Shown piece after piece: positions 44,703 to 52,028 of a stretch of 64,000 bases of DNA (position 1 is the stretch's first letter; every line of letters begins with the position of its first letter). The notes below the pieces were generated by a model. That model made no database searches. It worked only from the letters and a program-made list of their open reading frames with translations, and was not told the DNA's origin. This DNA comes from an uncultured Candidatus Poseidoniales archaeon. GTDB taxonomy: Archaea; Thermoplasmatota; Poseidoniia; Poseidoniales; Thalassarchaeaceae. The stretch is taken from NCBI GenBank assembly GCA_964342465.1, contig CAYFFQ010000002.1, forward strand, positions 156,635 to 220,634, in the 5' to 3' direction. The position numbers and the translations under genes are program-made.

Positions 44703-47684
44703 ATGAGTGATGAAGATACTAACGCACCCCCGCCACCACCACCCGGAATGACCCCGCCACCACCCCCACCGGGTATGGGTACTCCGCCACCACCTCCACC
44801 TGGCATGGGAGCGCCACCACCACCGCCACCCGGCATGGCAGCACCATCGCCCCCTCCTATGGATTCCGCCCCACCACCACCTCCATTGATGGACGCCCCC
44901 CCCCTTCCACCGATGGATGCCGCCCCACCGCCACCACCTCCGTTGATGGAGGCCCCACAAGCACCACTAGACCCCCCTGCTGCACCAGCCGAGCCATTGG
45001 TGGATTCTCTCTCTTCTGCTGCCGACCTGCTCGGGGGATTGAGTATTGACTCCGAGGAGAGTGACAGTGGAAGTGAAGCTGATGCTCTGCTTGAGTCTGC
45101 GGCTTCAAATCTCGACCTATTGGCACCACTGCCGACTGAAGGTGATGCTGAGGTTGAGGCACCTGCATCTCATGAGAGTGACCCGTTGGCCGCCACAGAA
45201 GGTGATGCGCACGCTGATGAATCTGACTCTGGCGAGGCTGGACCGATTTCAGAATCTGATGATGTAGAGGATACGACCTACGACGGCGTTGAACACGCTG
45301 GAGCTGGGATTCGGTCTCTTGAAGTGGTTGACATGATTCCTGGTGACAAACTCGAGGGGAGTCTCCATGAGACTGAAACTACAACCCTGTCTGTCGGTGG
45401 GGAAGTTGTTAGCCAGAATGTTGACGGCGTGCTGACCATCAGTAATCCGTCTGAGAAGGACCGCCTCTGGGACATTGACATTTTCATGAACAATCTCACA
45501 GCCACCGATGTTGAAGATGGTCACATACTGATTCAGGAACTCGAAGCGGGAAGTGACAACACTCGGGATTACAGCGTCTCTGGCCCAAACATGCTCACAG
45601 TACGGGAAATTATAGACACTCAGCCCGACCGAGATAAGGCGGTCAGTACATCTGCTGTATGCTCTGAAGATGCTCAAATTATAACTATCAGAATTGAAGT
45701 AGAAAACGTCGGCCCGGTTCCACTCTACGATGTGGAAGTCAACCGAACCATCCCCAGCCAGTTGACCATCGCAGAAGGTGAACTTCACACTCAAAACAAG
45801 AATGGTCTACACTGGGTTGTCGGAGAAATTACCCCCGGAGGTGTTCGCAAGTTGGAACTCACCGCTGAATTACTGACAGAAACCGTTGATGAGGTGGCCG
45901 CAGGTTCAACCACCGCCACATACCGTGCCGAAGCGACCTTGTCAGGCATGTCCATCCACGAACTCGACGCATATTGCCGCGGATTCAGTTACATGGAGGT
46001 CGATGAGGACGAGAGGCCGGACAACTGGAAATGTAAGGCCATCTTCGAGAATCGTTCATCATTCGCTGTTGACCTAGTAAAGCTTCAGGTAAAGCAGGCT
46101 GGTGCCGAGGAATATCTCTTTGACAAATCAGATGTTGAGAAAGATGTCAAACCTGATGGTCGATGGGAGAGCGAGATAGCAATCGTAGCTGCTACTGAGG
46201 AACCCAATCTCAATCAGGACATGAATTTCACCGTCATTCCACGCGTGACGCACTCCACCGATGGCACGCTTGAACTGGAGCAATACACAATCAGCATATT
46301 GGAGGCTGAGGTTGACAAGAACTACTCTGCAGAGGTCCTCCGAACCTATAGGGAGGCGACTGTAAATGCAGAAATTGTCATCAAGAACAGCGGTACTGCA
46401 ACCATCAATCTAATGCGCCTGACCGACGATGTACCAGGTATTTTTAACAGCCCAGATTTGGAACAGGTGCAATGTACCATTGACGACAACGAACTCATTC
46501 GCGAGCAATTCGGCATCGATGTCAGAGAAGGTGTTACTCTCGAAGATACCGCCGTGAGCCCAGATGGACCGGGACACACCATGCTCATCACCATCGGCAA
46601 GAAGGGACCTATTGGGCTTGAGCCGGGTCAGACGATGAAAATAACCTACCCACTGGTCGCCCCAGACCCGACCCCTGACAACGACACCGTCGCCGCTCCT
46701 CTGAAGGTTGATTTCAGTGCTGAGAGATATGGGCCGGTAGCAGTCAGAACCGTTGCCGAACCACCAGCCATCCGCATCATCCATAAACGCAGAAAGTTCG
46801 ACACCGGCAAGGAAGTCTTCCCCGCCGGCGGCGCTGGCAGATATGAGGTTCTCATCATGTTCAAGAACCGCTCAGATTCAGCGTTGCAGGACCTTATCAT
46901 CCATGATGTTGTGCCCGCCGCTTTTGAGATTAAGGGTTACAACATTCGCTCTGACTCCGGTGTCAGGGAGGCTGAGATGGAGAAGGCCGATGACGAGAAC
47001 GGAGTTAAGGTGTCATGGCATATCCCCGTAATCGAAAAAGATGAGAGAATCGAGGTCATTTACGAATTGGTCGGTGACTCAGGTGCCGAGTACAAGGTAA
47101 GCGAAGCCAAGGATTTCCGAGGAGCGACATTCGGAGACGAATTGGATATTGACCTACCACCCGCCCCCCCTGAAGCGATTGAAGAAGAGGAGGACATTGA
47201 AGAAGCGGATGTTGAAGACGATGATGTCAGCGAGGAGACCACGGATGACGACGACAGCAGTGGTGATGACGATGATGTCAGCGAGGAGACCGCGGATGAC
47301 GACGACAGCGAGGCTGGCACCGGCGACGATGATGAGGATGGCAGCGCCGAGGAGGGTGACACCGACGAGGGCGATGACTCCGATGAGGATGACTCTGACG
47401 AAGAAGAAGTCAGCGAAGTTGCGGAAGCCGCTAGCGCAGAAGACGAAGTTGATGATGGCCAATCCGAATCCGATGGCGGGGGCCCCGATGAGGAAAGCGA
47501 GATTGATGCGGCACTCGCTCAGATTACCGGTGGCTCATCTTCTGTTGAAGCCGAAGAAGCGGCTGTTGATGACGGCGATATAGAAGGGGAAGAGGTCGTA
47601 GATGGACGCACTTGCCCAATCTGTTCCTCTTCAAACGACCAATGTGCCAACGTCTGTTCCACCTGCTCATTCGAATTTGAATGA
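44703..47684 (+). CDS. Cytoplasmic multidomain protein: N-terminal PPPPPPGM proline repeats, several DUF11/CARDB-like beta-sandwich modules, a poly-acidic region of about 170 aa and a C-terminal zinc ribbon
   Basis: No signal peptide or TM helix is present. The repeats are PPPPPPGMTPPPPPPGMGTPPPPPPGMGAPPPPPPGM plus PPPPPLM variants. Beta-sandwich signatures include ITIRIEVENVGPVPLYDVEVNRTIP, AEIVIKNSGTATINLMRLTDDVP and YEVLIMFKNRSDSALQDLIIHDVVP. A D/E-rich tail is followed by CPICSSSNDQCANVCSTC. The longest ORF (from 44418) overlaps the divergent GPN gene, so the start is taken at the ATG at 44703; an alternative is 44610. Confidence 0.8.
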   Translation: MSDEDTNAPPPPPPGMTPPPPPPGMGTPPPPPPGMGAPPPPPPGMAAPSPPPMDSAPPPPPLMDAPPLPPMDAAPPPPPPLMEAPQAPLDPPAAPAEPLVDSLSSAADLLGGLSIDSEESDSGSEADALLESAASNLDLLAPLPTEGDAEVEAPASHESDPLAATEGDAHADESDSGEAGPISESDDVEDTTYDGVEHAGAGIRSLEVVDMIPGDKLEGSLHETETTTLSVGGEVVSQNVDGVLTISNPSEKDRLWDIDIFMNNLTATDVEDGHILIQELEAGSDNTRDYSVSGPNMLTVREIIDTQPDRDKAVSTSAVCSEDAQIITIRIEVENVGPVPLYDVEVNRTIPSQLTIAEGELHTQNKNGLHWVVGEITPGGVRKLELTAELLTETVDEVAAGSTTATYRAEATLSGMSIHELDAYCRGFSYMEVDEDERPDNWKCKAIFENRSSFAVDLVKLQVKQAGAEEYLFDKSDVEKDVKPDGRWESEIAIVAATEEPNLNQDMNFTVIPRVTHSTDGTLELEQYTISILEAEVDKNYSAEVLRTYREATVNAEIVIKNSGTATINLMRLTDDVPGIFNSPDLEQVQCTIDDNELIREQFGIDVREGVTLEDTAVSPDGPGHTMLITIGKKGPIGLEPGQTMKITYPLVAPDPTPDNDTVAAPLKVDFSAERYGPVAVRTVAEPPAIRIIHKRRKFDTGKEVFPAGGAGRYEVLIMFKNRSDSALQDLIIHDVVPAAFEIKGYNIRSDSGVREAEMEKADDENGVKVSWHIPVIEKDERIEVIYELVGDSGAEYKVSEAKDFRGATFGDELDIDLPPAPPEAIEEEEDIEEADVEDDDVSEETTDDDDSSGDDDDVSEETADDDDSEAGTGDDDEDGSAEEGDTDEGDDSDEDDSDEEEVSEVAEAASAEDEVDDGQSESDGGGPDEESEIDAALAQITGGSSSVEAEEAAVDDGDIEGEEVVDGRTCPICSSSNDQCANVCSTCSFEFE

Positions 47685-47785
47685 ACCCCCCCTCTTCAGT
47701 CAATCCGACATCGCTCCTTCTGAGCGGTTCGAGAGACGAGGGATGGGAATGGTTTCAGTCAGGTGATGGTTCAACCTTCGTTAGG

Positions 47786-48760
47786 TCACGGCCAATCATC
47801 CCAAGGGTCGTCGGATACACCACTCTCAACGCTGCTCGTGACTTTGGAACCTGATTGATGAGCGCCATCTTCAGTCCGGTTTTGGTTTTGAGAATCGGTA
47901 GCGACTGCATCCAAATCGAGGTCACTTTCACCCACAGGTGTATTGTGGGTGTTTGATGGTGTCGGGCTCTGATGTTCGGAGTCGAGTGTCTCAACACCAT
48001 TCATCGATGCAGTGTCAGTGATGTCCTGCCCACTGGCGCTGGTAGTCCCCATGAAAGAGAGGTCAATCCCGAGGTTGGTCGTCCCTTTGCCGGTATTTCT
48101 TATGTTCAACAGTTCTTCGTCGTCAAACAGAACACCGTCAACTAGAGTCTTGCGGTCAACACCAGCCATTGCCTCGATGCTTCCGGCGGAATAAGAGTGG
48201 GTTGCAAGCCGCAGGTCAGGACTATCTCTTCTGATTTCATCTTGAATCTGATTGAGCGAAACTGAATCGAACTCATCGAACCGCGGCACAGGTATTCCTA
48301 CTTGGGGTGATATCTCCTGCAACAGTTCGTAGAGGCCGCGGTGTCGATTGCCACCCTGCTTGAACTGCGTCTCTGCCTTTTTCCAAGCGTCGAGATAGAG
48401 GCGTCTCTGTAGGAGGCAGCGAGCAATTCCGAGAGCCGCTTCCTCCAAATCGATGCCCAGTCCAACAGCTCTGTTGAACAGTTTTTCAGCGAGTTTTGAC
48501 TTGCCGATAGCGAGGGCGCATTGAGCTGCACCCTGACAAGCATCTAGCCTCTCTGGAGCCTTTTTCATCACCTTTCTATAGACTTTCAGCGCCTCGGAAT
48601 CGCGCCCCATCATCACTAGGACGTTGGCGTGGCGGACGGAGAACTCCGGTTCGTTTTTCCAACGCCGACTGGCGGCCTTCAACTCACCTTCCGCCCGGGC
48701 AAAGTCCTGCGCCGCCATCGCATCTCTGATTGACGCAAGCACTTCTTCCGGTTTGTCCAT
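47786..48760 (-). CDS. TPR-repeat protein with a disordered acidic C-terminal half
   Basis: The N-terminal ~150 aa show TPR-like Ala/Leu periodicity (ALKVYRKVMKKAPERLDA..GAAQCALAIGKSKLAEKLFNRAV). The C-terminus is low-complexity and ends in DDPWDDWP. Confidence 0.65.
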   Translation of the reverse strand: MDKPEEVLASIRDAMAAQDFARAEGELKAASRRWKNEPEFSVRHANVLVMMGRDSEALKVYRKVMKKAPERLDACQGAAQCALAIGKSKLAEKLFNRAVGLGIDLEEAALGIARCLLQRRLYLDAWKKAETQFKQGGNRHRGLYELLQEISPQVGIPVPRFDEFDSVSLNQIQDEIRRDSPDLRLATHSYSAGSIEAMAGVDRKTLVDGVLFDDEELLNIRNTGKGTTNLGIDLSFMGTTSASGQDITDTASMNGVETLDSEHQSPTPSNTHNTPVGESDLDLDAVATDSQNQNRTEDGAHQSGSKVTSSVESGVSDDPWDDWP

Positions 48761-48978
48761 GCTCCCTCAAAATCCCGTTGATGGTGATGCTTGACAAACT
48801 TACCGCCTATTGGTCACAACCAAATTACGATGAGATGACGATTGTTCGTGAAACTGGATTTGTGGAGAACACCGGATACCTTTTCGCCCTTCTTGGGCCA
48901 AGCAGAAGGGAAATCATTACCCCGCTTTCGGATTGTCAATGCGAAGGGTTCATGCGATTGACTCAGGCCCCGCATGAC

Positions 48979-49878
48979 ATGGCAGATGGTGGAGGGGATG
49001 AACCTCTTCCCGGCCTCGGTTCGATGATGACCCCCCTGCTCCTCCTCGTGTTGATGTCCGTCTTGATAATCAACCCGAGCATCAGAAACACACTTGCAAG
49101 TTCAGCAGACTCCGTGCTAACTCCTCTGATTCCCTTCGCAGACAAATGGTTCGTTCTCACCGTTTTCCTCGTAGGGTCATCCATCATGGTAGTCAATACT
49201 GCCTTTCGCTCACTCTTCATGGACCCTATGAAGCAAGCACATCTCGCCCACCGCAACAAGCAGATTCGCAACTTGATGAATGATGCGAGAATTGACCGGG
49301 ACAAGGTGAGGATGGATAAAATCCAGAAACTTCAGCAGCGGTTGATGCCTGAACAGATGAAACTTCAGAATTCGATGATGAAACCGATGATGTTCACATT
49401 TGTTTTCATCATCGCCATATTCTCATGGATGGCACTCAGCGTTGAATCATTCCGCGTAGACTATGTTAGCCTGCCGTGGGAACCAGAATGGAATCTTCTC
49501 GACGACCGCGTACTCATCTTCCCAGCGTGGATAGCCACCTACATTACGACTTCTGCCCCCCTCGGGCGAATTGTCGACCGCCACATCAAACTCTTCAGGT
49601 ATCGCTCCCACCCACTCGTCCTTGCAGGTGAAACCATTCCAGAACCGATGCTGGAAGACTTGAAAGCAGCCGGAAAGGGCACTTCTGGTGGAAAGCGGAA
49701 GAAGAGCAGAGATGGTCCACGCAAAAGAAACAAAAAACAAACCGCTGAAACCCCTCAGGTCAAACCTCTGAAAGCGACAATCGAAACCATCTGCCCAGAT
49801 TGTGATTCCGATGATGTAGAGCGGGCTCCAGACGGTAGATTGAGATGCGTACTCTGTCGCCATACTTGGAGGCGTTGA
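48979..49878 (+). CDS. DUF106/EMC3/YidC-like archaeal membrane insertase homolog with a basic C-terminal tail and zinc ribbon
   Basis: The order is a TM helix, then a coiled basic region (HRNKQIRNLMNDARIDRDKVRMDKIQKLQQRLMPEQMKLQNSMMKPMMFTF), then further TM helices, as in DUF106 proteins. The tail is GGKRKKSRDGPRKRNKK followed by CPDC...CVLC. The start is uncertain: in-frame candidates are 48835, 48952, 48979 and 49024, and the ORF track opens at 48730, inside the divergent gene. Confidence 0.7.
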   Translation: MADGGGDEPLPGLGSMMTPLLLLVLMSVLIINPSIRNTLASSADSVLTPLIPFADKWFVLTVFLVGSSIMVVNTAFRSLFMDPMKQAHLAHRNKQIRNLMNDARIDRDKVRMDKIQKLQQRLMPEQMKLQNSMMKPMMFTFVFIIAIFSWMALSVESFRVDYVSLPWEPEWNLLDDRVLIFPAWIATYITTSAPLGRIVDRHIKLFRYRSHPLVLAGETIPEPMLEDLKAAGKGTSGGKRKKSRDGPRKRNKKQTAETPQVKPLKATIETICPDCDSDDVERAPDGRLRCVLCRHTWRR

Positions 49879-49879
49879 T

Positions 49880-50425
49880 GTGGTCTTGGTCACCGTAAGT
49901 GGCCATCCAGGCAGTGGTACTTCCACCTTGGTGAACGGTTTGTGTGAAAGGTTTTCATGGACCAAACTGAACGGGGGAGAGGTCTTTCGCATGGTAGCGG
50001 AAGAGAGAGGGTTATCATTGGAAGAGTTTTCACGCCAATGTGATGAAGAACCTGAAATCGACATAGACCTCGACGAACGACTACGCCACTCTATGAGAGA
50101 CCTAGGAGGCCCTGAGATAATCGAGTCAAGACTGGCTGGCTTGTGGGCATATCGAATGGACCTTGATTGTGTCAGAGTATGGTTACGAGTCTCCACCGAC
50201 GAAAGGGCGAAGAGGGTCGTGAATCGAGAAGGCGGAGACATCAAAGATGCCGCAGCAAGAATCGAAGAGAGGGAATTGGCCGACCAACTACGATATTCAA
50301 ATCTATACCAATTCGACCTTGATGACTTATCACCGTACACCCTGATAATCGACGCAGACTCCTTGGACTCGAGAGAGGTTCAGGAATGTGTCATAGAGGA
50401 ATTGACCAGACGAGAGGTGATCTGA
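49880..50425 (+). CDS. cmk: Archaeal-type cytidylate (CMP) kinase
   Basis: It has the P-loop VSGHPGSGTSTL and matches the archaeal cmk pattern (GEVFR..AEERGLSLEEF, ESRLAG, REE.E..RY...Y..D..D.S.Y.L.ID). The start codon is GTG. Confidence 0.8.
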   Translation: MVLVTVSGHPGSGTSTLVNGLCERFSWTKLNGGEVFRMVAEERGLSLEEFSRQCDEEPEIDIDLDERLRHSMRDLGGPEIIESRLAGLWAYRMDLDCVRVWLRVSTDERAKRVVNREGGDIKDAAARIEERELADQLRYSNLYQFDLDDLSPYTLIIDADSLDSREVQECVIEELTRREVI

Positions 50426-51384
50426 TACCAGAATTCAACACCCTTGACGGTGATGCCGTCTCCGATGTCCGTTTTGGTCGCTCACCTGACGAGCGTGATG
50501 TCCATGAGTTGCTAGAGGGTGGCTGGATTCTCATAGACAAACCATCCGGGCCAAGCAGCCACCAATTGGCAGCGTGGGCTCGTGATATGCTCGGGGTGGA
50601 GAAACTTGGTCATGGAGGAACACTTGACCCCTTCGCGACGGGTAGCCTGACCCTTCTCTGTGGAACGGCCATGCGCCTTACCAGTCACATTCTCAAGGGA
50701 GATAAAACGTACATTGCCCTGTTCACCATTCCCGACGGTACGAGGGATGACGCCTTGGCAGACGCTTTGGCTGCATTGAGGGGTTCCATCCACAATGTCC
50801 CACCAAAAGAGTCTGCGGTGAAAGTGCAGGTCAGAGAGCGGAGAATCGATACATTCGCCATCATCGAGAGAATTGATTCTGACCTGTTGACGGAAATCGT
50901 CTGCGAAGCGGGAACTTATGTGAGAACCATCGCTAGAGACCTCGGTCTCCTACTTGGAGGAGATGTCCAACTCTCCGAACTGCGGAGGAGTGCAACGGGT
51001 GGATTCACGGAGGATGATGCGGTGACGATGCAACAACTCGCCGATGCCGTTCACCTGTGGAAGGAATGCGATGATGACAGAGCGATTCGTAAGGTCATTC
51101 AGCCGATGGAAACACTGCTCGCCTCCTATCCTAACATCACCATGAAGGATGGGGCGGTTGCGGCGGTATCTCACGGCGCCCCTCTCGCTAGACCGGGGAT
51201 TACCGGATTGACTTCCGGGTTGCAGCGTGGAGATGAGGTCGTACTGACTTCACTCAAAGGGGAAGTGGTGGCCATCGGCACCATGTCGGTTGATGGAGAC
51301 AAAATTCCACAAATGACCTCTGGCGAAGTGGCTCGACCACATACCGTTCTGATGGCCTCAGACACTTACCCGAAAAAATGGTAG
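50386..51384 (+). CDS. cbf5: tRNA/rRNA pseudouridine synthase Cbf5 (TruB family, H/ACA RNP catalytic subunit) with a PUA domain
   Basis: It has the catalytic motif DKPSGPSSHQLAAW....GHGGTLDPFATG and a C-terminal PUA-like segment (GAPLARPGI...GDEVVLTSLKGEVVAIG). It overlaps cmk by 40 nt. Confidence 0.9.
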   Translation: MCHRGIDQTRGDLIPEFNTLDGDAVSDVRFGRSPDERDVHELLEGGWILIDKPSGPSSHQLAAWARDMLGVEKLGHGGTLDPFATGSLTLLCGTAMRLTSHILKGDKTYIALFTIPDGTRDDALADALAALRGSIHNVPPKESAVKVQVRERRIDTFAIIERIDSDLLTEIVCEAGTYVRTIARDLGLLLGGDVQLSELRRSATGGFTEDDAVTMQQLADAVHLWKECDDDRAIRKVIQPMETLLASYPNITMKDGAVAAVSHGAPLARPGITGLTSGLQRGDEVVLTSLKGEVVAIGTMSVDGDKIPQMTSGEVARPHTVLMASDTYPKKW

Positions 51385-51796
51385 ACAGTGGTGGGCGGTG
51401 CGCGAGTTTCCCCTTCCGAGCATCAGCGACCCGCGCTCATTACAGGCAGAAAAAAGAGATTCAATTGATGTCAAATTCTTCATATATCCATTCGTCACAT
51501 TCAATGCGTATTTTCAACCGTCCCATCGGCGCGCACCCCCGCCCCAGCCCCCAGATGGACGCGGCCATCTTTGCTGAAGCAACACTATCAGTAGCGGCCC
51601 ACCTTTAATCATTCTCCGAAAATAGAGGATTATCCGTATTCGGGGGCTGCTACTGGCATCTCTTCCATGAGGTGAGTGGAGAGTGGATGAGGGGTCCTAC
51701 GAATGTGATGATTTGCCTCTGATGTGCCATAGGCGGCCTCGTCAAGCATCATTCCGCATAGAAAGGCATATGCCAAGCATCACTCAGAATCAAGAG

Positions 51797-51869
51797 GGCC
51801 GCGACCGGGAATTGAACCCGGGCTGGCAGATCCACAGTCTACCGTCCTAACCCCTAGACCACCGCAGCC
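51797..51869 (-). tRNA. tRNA-His (anticodon GUG) with genome-encoded G-1
   Basis: The reverse complement reads G(-1)-GCTGCGG...D arm GTCT/GGAC...anticodon stem GTAGA/TCTGC, loop CTGTGGA, T arm CCGGG-TTCAATT-CCCGG, acceptor TCGCGGC and C73. The extra 5' G pairs with C73, which is the tRNA-His hallmark. Confidence 0.85.
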
Positions 51870-52028
51870 ATTAGGTGAGCCGCCGACAGAACCGCCCCTA
51901 ATCAACCTCACTCAATGGTAGATGTTCAACATGGTCTCAATCATCCCCTGCCGAACTTCGGATTGATGTCGATAGAGATGACTCAGACATGCGACGGGTT
52001 GAATACCGTAGCCTATTGAGGCCACCTC

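Noticed and set aside
49447-50340. Long antisense ORFs: 297 aa here, plus 21072..21815 (247 aa), 13344..13940 (198 aa) and 8488..9075 (195 aa)
   Set aside because: Each lies fully antisense to a gene with clear family motifs (DUF106/cmk, srp54, rfcL, lhr). Each has the Ser/Arg/Pro-rich composition typical of shadow ORFs.
51378-51608. 76-aa ORF downstream of cbf5
   Set aside because: It overlaps the cbf5 stop and has an odd composition with no recognisable motif. The region is treated as non-coding.
51705-51722. C/D-box sRNA candidate (GTGATGA followed by CTGA)
   Set aside because: The C-to-D' spacing is only 7 nt. There is no convincing C'/D pair or terminal stem, so it is likely chance.
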